Assembly: GCF_009914755.1 (NCBI RefSeq)
Contig: NC_060942.1
From: the human T2T-CHM13v2.0 reference genome, Homo sapiens
Strand: one strand, 5' to 3'
DNA length: 64,000 bases
Of the stretch, positions 14,229 to 29,047 are shown one piece after another. Both the position numbers and the translations under genes were made by a program. Positions within the stretch are counted from its first letter, which is position 1. The number at the start of each line of letters is the position of its first letter. The notes beneath the pieces are model-generated. The model saw only the letters and a program-made list of their open reading frames with translations, searched no databases and was not told where the DNA came from.

Positions 14229-15888
14229 ATTTTTTTTGTCTTTTTTAAAAATCTCAATAGTTTGGGGGAACATGTGGTGTTTGGTTACATGGATAATTTC
14301 TTTATGGTGGTTTCTGAGATTTTGGTGCACCTATTACCCAAGCAGTGTACACTGTACTAAATGTGTAGTCTTTTAACCTTTCCCCCTCCACTCTTCCCCC
14401 CGAGTCCCCAGAGTTCATTTTATAATTCTTATACCTTTGTGTCCTCATAACTTAGCTCTCATTCACAAGTGAGAACACACAATGTTGGTTTTCTATTTTT
14501 AAGTTACCTCACTTAGAATAATGGTCTCCAACTCCATCCAGATTGCTGCAAATGTCATTATCTCATTCTTTTTTATGGTTGAGTAGTATTCCATGGTGTG
14601 TGTGTGTGTGTGTGTGTGTGTATCATATTTTCTTTATCCACTTGTTGATTGATAGGCATTTGGGCTGGTTTCATATTTTTACAATTGTGAATTGTGCCAC
14701 TATAAACATGCATATGCAAGTATCTTTTTTATATAATGACTTATTTTCCTCTGGGTAGATATCCAGTAGTGAAATTGCTGGATCAAATGGTAGATCTACT
14801 TTTAGTTCTTTAAGAAGTCTCCATACTGTTTTCCATATTGGTTGTGCTAGTTCACATTCCCACCAGCAGTGTAAAAGCATTCCCTTTTCTCCACATCCAT
14901 GCCAACATCTATTATTTTTTAATTTTTTGATTATGGCCATTCTTACAGGAGTAAGGTGATATCTCATTGTGGTTTTGATTTGTACTTCCCTGATAAAGAG
15001 TGATGTTAAGCATTTCCCATATACTTTTTGGTGATTTGTATATCTTCTTTTGAGAGTATCTATTCATGTCCTTATCCCAATTTTTGATGGGATTATTTGG
15101 GTTTTTTTGCTGACTTGTTTGAGTTCCTTGTAGATTCTGGTAATTAGTCCTTTTTTAATGCATAGTTTGTGAAAATTCTCTCCCACTCTGTGGGTTGTTT
15201 ATTTTCTCTGCTTGTTATTTCTTTTGCTGTGCAGAAGCTTTTTAGTTTAATTAACTCCCATCTATTTATCTTTGTTGCATTTGTTTTTGGGTTCTTCGTC
15301 ATAAACTCTTTGCCTAAGCCAATGTCTAGAAGAGTTTTTCTGATATCTTCTAGAAATTTTATGTTTTCAGGTCTTAGGTTTAAGTCTTTGATCCATCTTG
15401 AGTTGATTTTTGTATAAGGTGAGACATAAGGATCCAATTTTATTCTTCCACACGTGGCTTGCCAGTTATCTCAGCATCATTTGTTGAATAGGGGGGCCTT
15501 TTCCCAGTTTATGTTTTTTTTGTTTGTTTGTTTTGTTGTTGTTTTTTTTTTTTTTTTTTTGCTCTTTTGAAGATCAGTTGACTGCGAGTATTCAAATAGC
15601 ATATCAAAAAAATTATCCACCATGATCAAGTGGGTTTCATACCAGAAATGCAGGCATGGTTTAACATATGCAAGTCAATAAATGTGATACACCACATAAA
15701 CAGAATTAAAAACAAAAATCATATGATTACCTCAATAGAGCTGCATAAAAAGCATTTGACAAAATCCAGCATCGTTTTATGATTAAAACCTTCTGTAAAA
15801 TCGGCATAGAAGGGACATACTTTAAGGTAATAAAGCCATCTATGATAAACTCATAGTCAACATTATACTTAGTGGGGAAAAGTTGAAA
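14229..15888 (-). mobile_element. L1PB with a 5' inversion (minus body 14229-15590, inverted plus-strand ORF2 piece ~15591-15888)
   Basis: L1PB-type 3'UTR after a T tract; minus ORF2 remnants at 14671-15437; orientation flips to the sense RT region CATGATCAAGTGGGTTTCATACCAG. Confidence 0.85.
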
Positions 15889-17538
15889 GTGACAGAAACA
15901 GAAACTCTTGTTCTCTTCCTTTAATTTCTCCCAAACAAACAGAGTCTCTCTCTATCTGCTGAGCTGCCTGAAGCTAGACATAAACACCTCTGTGGCCACT
16001 ACCACTGAGACTGCACTGGGTCAGAACTGAAGCCAACACAGCACTTGGTCTCACCCAAAGCCCAGTGTAACCACTACCTGGCTACTGCTTCTGTTTGCTC
16101 AAGGCCCTAGGACTCTATAATCAGCAGGTAACAAAACCAACCAGGCTTGTCTTTTTCATCAGGTTAGTGAGTTTCCTCAGTCCCCGGGTGGGTCCACAGG
16201 TACTGTCTGGAAGCCAGGGACTGGAATCAAAGATCTTAGAAATCTGCCTGGTGTTCTATTGTATTGAGGCTAAGGTGTCACTCAAACCATGAGATAATAT
16301 TTTTCCTACTCTTCCCTCCCTTTTCCCCAGGCAGAGGAGCCTTTCCTCGTGGCCACCACCACCAGAGACTCAAGAGAGGTACTACCAGGCTATCACAGAT
16401 ATTCACTTAAAGACCACAAGGGCTCTTCAGTCAGCCTGTGGTGAAGCCATCAGGCCTGCGACTCACCCTTCAGGGCAATGGGTTCCCCTTTGGCCCAGAA
16501 CATGTTGAGAAATGCCACCCAAGAGCCAAGGCCTAGAATCAGGGAAGTCAATAGCCCTCTTTGTGCTCTACCCAATGTGGCCAAGCTGGTGCCTGAAGCC
16601 AGCATATCTCAGAGACTCACCCAAGGCCCATGACTAACTATGTAGGTATTGCTGCTGGTTCTTCAAGGCCCAAGGGCATTTTTGTCAGCAGGTGATTAAT
16701 CCTGCCAGACTGGCTTCTTTCCTTAAGGTAGCAAGTTCTCATCTGGTCTAGGGTATGTCTAGATATGTTGTTCAGGAGCTAGGGCCTGGAATGGGGGACT
16801 CATGACTCTTCCCAGTGCCCTATCCTAATATGACTGACCTGGTAACCAAGATGCAAGACAAAGTCCCCCTTACTCTTCTTTCCCTCCTCCTCTCCTCAAG
16901 TAAAATAAAGGAGTCATTTTTGTTGCTGCAAGCTGTGCTGCCTGGGTTTGTCGAGGGAGAGGCACAAGCATTCCCTTAGTCACCCTGGCTGATGTCCCAT
17001 ATCCACTAGCTCTGAGCCCAGTATGCTGCTAGGACTTTTTAGAAATTGCAAGTCCTTGTAGCCTAGACTGCATTTCAAGCGTATTTAGGACCCCAGAGCC
17101 CCTTAGCCCTCATGGGCAAGGCTTCCCAAAACTCAAATTCAACCACTGGGATGGCTAACTCCCCTCTGGCTAAAGCTGGTCTAAACGATCCCCCCTCCAT
17201 GTGTAGGCATCAGCTGAGTTTAGCCATGTTTTCCTTTCTGCTGTGACAGAGCAGCACTTCATTCACCACACTCTCCCTCACCCAAACACATAGATTCTCC
17301 TTGCCACATGGCCACTGTTGGGAGTATGGAAGAAGGGTGGCATCAGTAATTTAAGGCTGTTTTCCCTACCCTCTTCAGTGCCTCTTTTAGTGATATGAAG
17401 TTAAAACCAGGTATTGTGATACCTCACATAATTTTTCATTCTTGTGTATGTGCTTTTTTGTGTAGATGTTATATTGGTGTTCCTATGGGAGGGATGATCA
17501 ATGAAGGCTTCTATTAGGCCATCTTGCTCTGTCCTCTC
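15889..17538 (-). mobile_element. 5'UTR of the L1MA-type element
   Basis: GC-richer antisense L1M 5' region with repeated CACCCAAGGCCC-like motifs; ends GGCCATCTTG (antisense of CAAGATGGCC). Confidence 0.75.
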
Positions 17539-17539
17539 C

Positions 17540-17866
17540 ATCTAGATATGTTTAGATACACAGATATTTAACATTGTGTTAAAATTGCATACACTATAAA
17601 CTCCACTTAAAACTGATTAAAGTCTCATTCTTGTCAAATAAATAAATAAATAAATAAATAAAATTGCCTACACTGGTCAGTGCAGCAACATGCTATACAG
17701 GTTTGTGGCCTGGGAGCAATCGGCTATGTTATATAGCCTAAGTATGTGGTAGGCTGTACCATCTCAGTTTACGTAAAGTACACTCTATAATGTTTGCACA
17801 GCAATGAAATCACCTAACAATGTATTCCTTAAAGTGTATCCCTGTCATTAAGCAATACACAATTGT
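17540..17866 (-). mobile_element. Tigger3/GOLEM fragment interrupted by a micro-retrocopy
   Basis: Reverse-complement similarity to 1842-2050 (ATGCTATACAGGTTTGTGGCCTGGGAGCAAT; TATCCCTGTCATTAAGC). Confidence 0.85.
17596..17659 (+). pseudogene. 40-nt processed mRNA 3'-end retrocopy with (AAAT)n tail; parent probably the PTEN 3'UTR (from memory)
   Basis: 15-bp TSD AAAATTGC(A/C)TACACT at 17581-17595 and 17660-17674; TT/AAAA endonuclease site; ATTAAA at 17616-17621, 14 nt before the tail. Confidence 0.8.
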
Positions 17867-17934
17867 ACACTTGTGTTTTTTGAAGACATCCCACTTTTGC
17901 TTTAGTAATATTTGCACATCTTTTCTGAAAGTTA

Positions 17935-18070
17935 AGTTGGCACTTATTATAATCCTCATTTTGTAAATGAAAAAAAAATGAGAGCCAGAGCATTTTTAGG
18001 TTTTGTCTATGGCCACATAGTTAGCAGGTTCTGAGAATCCAAGTGTTTTGACTCTTGGCTAAAAGTGCTT
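17935..18070 (-). mobile_element. MIR fragment
   Basis: ATCCTCATTTTGTAAATGAAAAAA..TGAG..GGCCACATAGTTAG, the antisense MIR core. Confidence 0.65.
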
Positions 18071-18479
18071 TCTGGCTCCAAACTTTATTTTTCAAATTTA
18101 GTAAAAACAAACTAGAAAGTAGTGAGATAAATGTGACATAATCATTCAAGAAGTCAGTGATGAAAGCCCTTAGGCTTTCAAAAAATAACAGAAAGAAATA
18201 CACAGAGAGAAACCCCCTACAGAGCCAGTTCTTATTGAAATCCACAGAAGGAGCATTATCTCCATTCCCCCTACTCCCAATTTCAGACTCTTCCCTCTTC
18301 CTAGCCTGCAGACACACCAGTATGAAACACTCTTCTTCTTCTGCCAAAATTTGGAATGAAAGAGACTGTAGTTCCTCTCTAGGGCAAGACAACTCCAAAA
18401 TGAGTGTGGTTATCTTGTTGTCTCTAAAAGCCAAGAGATATGCAAAGTGTGGGGTAATGTCAGAAGGACATACAAATTG

Positions 18480-19610
18480 ACTTTTAGGGAAGCTTACTGG
18501 CCAAAAATAGGGGCCAAACATAACTATCTAAATAGTAATAACTTCAATGAATTGAAACACATCAAAACATTAAAAATACATGTGTTCATGATCTTTTAAA
18601 AATTCTCATCAAAGTTGGGGTTTTCACAGGAACTAACTCATTATTCTGAAAATTGGAAAATATCATGTATTTACTCTGCGTGGATTGTATTTCAGTGAAA
18701 CCAGAAAGAGAATAATAAAAAGTTATTCTTTGTAGTATAAATACAGCTTATAAATGAAGTAAGATTGTTATATAATTTTTTTCCTAATGAAATAATAGCT
18801 GGAGGCATGGCTTACACCTGTAATTCCAGCCAGTTGGGAAGCAGAAGTGAAAGGATCACTTGAGACTATGAGTTTGAGACCAGCCTGGGCAAAAGAAAGA
18901 CCCTACCTCAACAAAAATAGAAAGAAAATAAAGAAACAGTGGATCTAGGTATTAGTCATGAATGGCTGTTTAACCCTTCAGATGAAAGCTAATTGGGACC
19001 TTCATTTAAAAATGAATTCCACTTTCATCATTGAAATCTACTGTTACTAAAGGTAGGAAAAGAAAAGATTTCATTTCTTTTGATATAATGCAATATGAAG
19101 CATACAGTACCATCTCTGCCTTGCTCTTGCTGGAGTAAAAAAATAATAATAATAAGCTTTTATCTTGCTAAGGCTTTAGATCCAACTGCCAGTTTTCAGG
19201 AAAAAATGAAGCTTAGAAAAACATGTTAAATGATAACCACAAAGAGTTAGCCAAATACAATGTGGGAAATTCTATATGACAAATGACCCAGATTTTTGAA
19301 TAACTAACTGGCATTTGGAAGAAAACGATACAGAATACAGGGTCAGTTTTAGCTTGTTAAAAGTTAAAAAGACTTTAGGGGGATATTAAACAATAATGCA
19401 TAAAATTTGTTTGGAACCTGATTTAAACAGATATTTCTGTGAAAATTAAGGAAAATTTAAAACAGACTTGTATTAAGTGATTTAAAGATATTTCTAAATG
19501 ACCTTTATTGTATTGGTTTTGATAAGATATTGAAGTTGTGATTTAAAAAATATCTTTGTCTGTTACAGATATACACTAAGTGTTTGGTTAGATGGTGCAT
19601 GGAGAAACAC
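18480..19610 (+). mobile_element. Ancient L1MC/L1ME 3' fragments
   Basis: AT-rich degenerate L1M 3'UTR motifs (GTGGGAAATTCTATATGACAAATGACC; TTGTTTGGAACCTGATTTAAAC). Confidence 0.55.
18798..18930 (+). mobile_element. Alu monomer (FLAM/FAM-like)
   Basis: GGCTTACACCTGTAATTCCAGC..GGATCACTTGAG..GAGACCAGCCTGGGCAA followed by an A-rich tail; single arm. Confidence 0.8.
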
Positions 19611-21494
19611 AGTATTAAAATGTATCCAACATTCCTCTGTTGCCAGTGTCACAGATGACCCCAATCTTTGCCATTATAAATAACATTTTAATATCTACAT
19701 ATACACCTACAGCATTTGTACTTTTTAAAATTACTCTCTTAGAAGGTATGCTCAGATGTGGGAACCACAGCAAAAGGTATAAAAATGTATTTATAAGTTT
19801 CTTTTTTTAATTTTTAATTTTATGGGTATATGGTAAGTATATATATGTATAGGATACATGATATAGTCATACAGTGTGTACTAATTACATCAGGGTAAAT
19901 GGGTTATCCATTGGCTCAAGCATTTATCTTTTGTGTTACAAATAGTCAAATTATACTTTTTTTGTTACTTTTAAATGTACAGTACATTATTGTTGATTGT
20001 AGTCATCATGTTGTGCTATAAAATACTAGATCTTATTCATTATATCAAACTGTATTTTTGTACATATTAATCATCACCACATGCCCCCCACACAGACGCT
20101 ACCCCTCCTAGCCTCTGCTGACCATCATTCTACTCTTTCTTTATCCATGAGTTCAATTGTTTTAATTTTTATCTCCTATGAGTAGGTGAGAACATGAAAT
20201 GTTTATCTTTCTGTACCTGGCTTATTTTACTTAACATAATGTCCTCCAGTTCCATCCATGTTGTTGCAAATTACAGGATCTCATTATTTTCTATGGATTG
20301 ATAATACTCCATTGTATATTTGTACCACATTTTCTTTATTTGGCAGTTGAACACTTAAGTTTATTTCATATCTTGACTATTATGAATATTGCTGAACATA
20401 AATATGGGAGTGCAGATATCTTTTTGATATACTGATTTCCTAACATTTGGATATATATCTAGTAGTAGGATTGCTGGATTATATGGGAGTTCAATTTTTA
20501 GTTTTTTTTAAAAATCTCCATATTTTTCTCCATAGTAGTTGCACAAATTTACATTTCCATCAACAGCGTATGAGGGTTGTCTTTTATCCACATCCTTGCC
20601 AGCATTCATTATTGCTCACCTTTTGGATAAAAACTATTTTAACTGGGGTGAGATGACACCTCATTATAGTTTTAATTTGCATTTTTCTGATGATCAATAA
20701 TGTTGAGCACCTTTTCATATACTTGTTTGCCATTTTTATATCTTCTTTTGAGAAATAGCTATTCAGATCTTTTGCCCATTTCTAAAATCAGATTATTAGG
20801 TTTTTTTGTATCGAGTAGTTTGAGCTCCTTACATATTTTATAATTAATCCCTTGTCAGATGGATAGTTTGCAAATATTATCTCCAATCCTGTGAGTTGTC
20901 TCTTCACTTAATTGAATATTTCCTTTGCTGTGCAGAAGCATTGTAACTTGATATTAATCTTTTTATCTATTTTTGCTTTGGTTGGCTGTGCTTTTGAGGT
21001 ATTACTCAAGAAATCTTTGCTCAGAACAGTGTCTTGGAGAATATTTCCAATGTTCGTTTTTAGTAGTTTTATATTTCCAGGTTTTAGATTTAATGAATTT
21101 TGATTTGATTTTTGCATATGGTGAGAAATAGGGGTCTAGTATCATTATTTTGCATATGAAAATTCAGTTTTTCTATCACCTTTTATTGAAGAGAATGTTC
21201 TTTCCCCAATGTATGTTCTTGGCACCTTTATAAAAAATGAGTTCACTATATATGTTATAGATTTATTTCTTAGTTCTCTATTCTGTTTTATTGGTCTATG
21301 TGCCTGTTTTTATTCCAGTACCATGATGTTTTGATTACTACAGCTGTATAATATTATTTGAAGTCAGGTAATGTGATACCTGAAGTTTTCTTTTTGTTGT
21401 TGTTTTTGTGGCTTTGGCTGTTTTGGGTCTTTCGTGATTCCATATATAACTTAGGATTTTTTTTTATTTCAATGAACACTGTCATTGGTATTTT

Positions 21495-22055
21495 ATTGTA
21501 TTTTTTATAATTACTTTATAAAGTTATATTTCAAATCAGATAAAGAGTTACAAACAAAAAGAAATTTGTGCTTTCTATTTACCTATATAGTTATGTTTAC
21601 CAGTGTTCCTTATTTCTTCATGGGGTTTCAAGTTCAGTCTATTGACCTTTCATTTTAGCCCAAAAGACTTCCTTGAGTAGTTTTTGAAGAGCAAATTTGC
21701 TACTAATGAATTACCTCAGTTTTTGTGTTTATTTGAAAATGTCTTGATTTCTCCCTCGTTTTCAAAGAATACTTTTGCTGAGTGTAGAATTCTTGATTGA
21801 TGGTTTTTTCTCTCAGCATTTTTAGTATGTCATGCCATTGCATTCTGACCACCATAGTTTTTTTTTTTAATTTTTAATTTTTTATTTCCAGTTCTGTGCA
21901 GGATGTGCAGGTTTTTTACATAGGTAGACGTGTGCCATAGTGGTTTGCTGCACCTATCAACCCATCACCTAGGTATTAAGCCCAGCATGCATTAGCTATT
22001 TTTCCTAATACTCTCCCTCCCCTCATCGCATCTTCTGACAGGCACCAGTTTGTGA
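21495..22055 (-). mobile_element. Short L1PA 3'UTR (21858-22055) plus ~360 bp of unrelated old-L1-like sequence; candidate 3' transduction
   Basis: The block splits host GTCATTGGTATTTT|GATAGGGATTGCAT; internal poly(T) tract at 21858-21885. Confidence 0.65.
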
Positions 22056-22309
22056 TGATAGGGATTGCATAGACTTTATAAATTGCTTTGGGTAGTATGT
22101 ACATTTTTACAATATTTATTCTACAATCCATGATCATGGAATATCTTTCCTTTCTGTGTGTATCCTCTTCAATTTCTTTCATCAATATTTATAGTTTTTA
22201 TTATAGAGATCTTTCACATTTTTGGTTTATTTCGAGTTATTTTATTTCTTGAGGCTATTTTTTTTTTTTTTAGATTATTCATTGTTGGCATGTAGAAATG
22301 CTACTGATC

Positions 22310-22604
<295 letters not shown>

Positions 22605-25233
22605 CTACTGATTGTTGTATATTGATTTTGTATCCTGAAACTTTACTAATCGTTTTTTGGTGGAGTCTTTAGGTTTTTCCAAAATTAAGATCATATCATC
22701 TGCAAACAGGATAATTTGAATTTTTTCTTTTGAATTTGGATACCCTTTGTTTCTTTCTCTTGTCTGATTTCTCTAGCTAGGACTTCCTGCACTATCTACG
22801 TTGAATAAGAGTGGTGAAAGTTAGCATCCTTGTCATGTTCCCAATCTTAGAGGAAAGACTTTCCATTTTTTCCCGCTAAGTATAATATTAGCTGAGTGCC
22901 TGACATATATGGCTTCTATTGTGTTGACATATGTTCATTCTATACCCAGTGTTTTAAGGGATTTTATTATAAGGGGATGTAGAATTTTATCAAATGCTAT
23001 CTCAGTATCTATGGAAATAATCATATGGCTTTTGTCTTTCACTCTGTTGATACAATGTATCACATTGATTGATTTATGTATGTTGAACCACTCTTGCATT
23101 CCTGGAACAAATCCCACTTAGTCTTGATAAATAATGTTCACAATATGTTGCTGATATCAATTTGCTGGCATTTTGCTGAAGATTTTTATATCAATGTTCA
23201 TTGCAGATAAATTGGCCTGTAGTTTTTTTGTTTGTTTTGATGTCTCTTAGTCTGGTTTTGGTATCAAGATAATACTGGCCTTGTGAAATGTGTTTGGAAG
23301 TATTTCTTTCTCCTCTATTTTTCACAATACTTTGAGTAATATTGATATTAGTTCTTCTTTAAATGTTTAGTAAAATGCATAAGTGAATCCATTAATTTGC
23401 AGACTTTGCTTAGAGAGTTTTTATTAAAGTTTTGATCTTATTACTTGTTATTTGTCTACTAAGGTTTTTGATTTCTTCATAGTTAAATCTTGATAGGTTT
23501 AATGCATCTAGTAATTTGGCTATTCTAGGTTTTCCAATTTATTGTCTTACAGTTGCTCATAGTAGTTATAGTAGCCTTTAATGATCCTTTGAATTTCTTC
23601 AGTATCCATTGTAATATCTTCTCTTTTGTTTGTGATTTTATGTATTTGGGTCATCTCTCTTTTTTTTAGAGTACTAAAGGCTTACTGATTTTGTTTTATC
23701 TTTTTAGAAAGTGAACTTTTTATTTAATTGATTTTTGTACATTTTTTCTTATAAATTTTATTTATGCTTTGATCTTTACTACCTTTTTTCTACTAATTTT
23801 TTATTTTGTTTCCTCTTGCTTTATAGATATTTAAGATTCATCTTTATTTGTTTAAAGATGGTCTACTTCTTTTGATGGAGACACTCATTGCTATAAACTT
23901 TCCTCTTATTGCTTTTGCTGTATCCCATAAGTTTGGTATGTTATTTCCATTTTCATTTGTTTCAATAAATTGTTAAATTTTCTTCATAATTTCTTTTCTT
24001 TTTTAAATTATATTTTAAGTTCTGGAGTACATGTGCAGGACATGCAGGTTTGTTACATAGGTATACACGTGCCATAGGGGTTTGCTGCACCCATCAATGT
24101 GTCATCTATATTAGGTATTTCTCCTAATGCTATCCCTCCCCTAGCCCCCCACCCCCCAACAGGCCCCGGTGGGTGATGTTCCCCTCCCTGTGTTGATGTT
24201 CTCATTGTTCAACTACCACTTATGAGGGAGAACATGCAGTGTTGGGTTTTCTGATCTTGTGTTAGTTTGCTGAGAATGATGGTTTCCAGCTTCACCCCTG
24301 TCCCTGCAAAGGACATGAACTCCTCCTTTTTTATGGCTGCATAGTATTCCATGGTGTATATGTGCCAGAATTTCCTTATCCAGTCTATGATTGATGGGCA
24401 TTTGGGTTGGTTCAATGTTTTTGCTATTGTGAACAGTGCCACAATAAACATACGTGTGCATGTGTCTTTATAGTAGAATGATTTATAATTCTTTGGTTAT
24501 ATACCCAGTAATGATATTGCTGGGTCAAATGGTATTTCTAGTTCTAGATCCTTGAGGAATTTCCATACTGTCTTCCACAACAGTTGTACCAATTTACACT
24601 TCCAACAGTGTAAAAGCTTTGCTGTTTCTCCACATCTTCTCTAGCATTTGTTGTTTCCTGATTTTTTAATGATCACCATTCTAACTGGAGAAAGATGGTA
24701 TTCATTGTGGTTTTCATTTGCATTTCTCTAATGACCAGTGATGATGAGGTTTTTTTTATATGTTTGTTGGCTGCATAAATGTCTTATTTTGAGAAGTGTT
24801 TGTTCATGTCCTTCTCCCACTTTTCAATTGGGTTGATTTTTCTTGTAAATTTATTTAAGTTCTTTGTAGATTCTGGATATTAGCCCTTTGTCAGACGGAT
24901 AGATTGCAAATATTTTCTCCGATTCTGTAGGTTGCCTGTTCACTCTGATGATAGTTTCTTTTGCTGTGCAGAAGCCCTTTAGTTTAATTAGATCCCATCT
25001 GTCAATTTTGGCTTTTGTTGCCATTGCTTTTGGCGTTTTAGTCACGAAGTATTTGCCCATGCCTATGTCCTGAATGGTATTGCCTAGGTTTTCTTCTAGG
25101 GTTTTTATGGTTTTAGATCTTACACTTAAGTCTTTAATCCATCTTGAGTTAATGTTTAGATAAGGTATAAGGAAGGAATCCATTTTCAGCTTTCTGCATA
25201 TGGCTACCCAGTTTTCCCAAAACCACATATTAA

Positions 25234-27244
<2,011 letters not shown>

Positions 27245-28954
27245 AAATAGGGAATCCTTTCACCATTGCTTGTATTTGTCAGGTTTGTCGAAGATCGGAT
27301 GGTTATAGATGTATGGTGTTATTTCTGAGGACTCTATTCTGTTCCATTGTTCTATATATCTGTTTTGGGACCAGTAGCAAGCTGTTTTTTTTTTCTACTG
27401 TAGCCCTGTAGTATTGTTTGAAGTCAGGTAGTGTGATGCCTCCAGCTTTATTCTTTTTGGTTAGGATTGTCTTGGATATGCAGGTTCTTTTTTCTTTCCA
27501 TATGGAATTTAAAGTAGCTTCTTCCAATTCTGTTAAGAAAGTCAGTGGGAGCTTAATGGGAATAGCACTGAATCTATAAATTACTTTGAACAGCATGGGC
27601 ATTTTCACAATATTAATTCTTCCTATCCATGAACATAGAATTTTTTCCATTTGTTTATTTCCTCTCTTATTTCCTTGAGCAGTGGCTTGTAGTTCTCCTT
27701 GAACAGGTCCTTCACATCCCTTGTAAGTTGTATTCCTAGGTATTTTATCCTGTTTGTAGTGATTGTGAATGAGAGTTCACTCATGATTTGGTTCTCTGTT
27801 TGTCTGTTATTGGTGTATAGGAATGCTTGTGATTTTTGCACATTGATTTTGTACCCTGAGACTTTGCTGAAGTTGCTTATCAGCTTAAGGAGATTTTGGG
27901 CTGAGACTATGGGGTTTTCTAAATATACAATCATGTCATTGGCAAACAGAGACAATTTGACTTCCTCTTTTCCAAATGTATACACTTTCTTTCTTTCTCG
28001 TGACTGACCTAGCGAGAACTTCCAATACTATGTTGAATAGGAGTGGTGAGAGAGGGCATCCCTGTCTTGTGCTGATTTTCAAAGGAAATGCTTCCAGTTT
28101 TTACCCATTCAGTATGATATTGGCTGTGGGTTTTTCATAAATAGCTCTTAATATTTTGAGATATGTTCCACCAATACCTAGTTTACTGAGAGTTTTTAGC
28201 ATGAAAGGTTGTTGAATTTTATCGAAGGCCTTTACTGCATCTATTCAGATAATCATGTGTTTTTTCTCATTGGTTCTGTTTATGTGATGCATTATGTTTA
28301 CTGATTTGTGTATGTTGAACCAGCCCTGCATCCCAGGGATGAAGCCAACTTGATCATCGTGGATAAGCTTTTTCATGTGCTGCTGGATTTGGTTTGCAGT
28401 ATTTTATTGAGGATTTTCACATCCATGTTCATCAGAAATATTGGCCTGAAATTTTCTTTTTTTGTTGTGTCTCTGCCAGGTTTTTGTATGAGGATGATGC
28501 TGGGCTTCTAAAATGAGTTAGGGGGATTCCTTCTTTTTCAATTGTTTTGAATAGTTTCAGAAGGAATGGTACCGGTTCCTCTTTGTACATCTTGTAGAAT
28601 TCAGCTGTGAATCTGTCTGGTCCCGGGGGCTTTTTTGGTTGGTAGGCTATTAATTACTGCCTCAATTTCAGAACCTGTTATTGGTCTACTCAGGGATTCG
28701 ACTTCTTCCTGGTTTAGTCTTGGGAGAGTGTATGTTTTCAGGAAGTTATCCATTTCTTCTAGATTTCCTAGGTTATTTGCATAGAGGTGTTTGTAGTATT
28801 CTCTGATGGTAGTTGGTATTTCTGTAGGATTGGTGGTGATATCCCCTTTATCATTTTTTTATTGCATCTGTTTGATGCTTCTCTCTTTTCTTATTAGTCT
28901 GGCTAGCAGTCTATCTATTTTACTATCTTTTTAAAAAACTAGCTCCTAAATTCA

Positions 28955-29047
<93 letters not shown>

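Noticed and set aside
14596-14620. (TG)n microsatellite; a similar tract lies at ~34036-34058
   Set aside because: Common expansions within L1 3' regions with nothing unusual.
18021-18521. Overlapping 166-aa (-) and 107-aa (+) ORFs
   Set aside because: No recognisable homology or splice structure, and the ends overlap repeat remnants.
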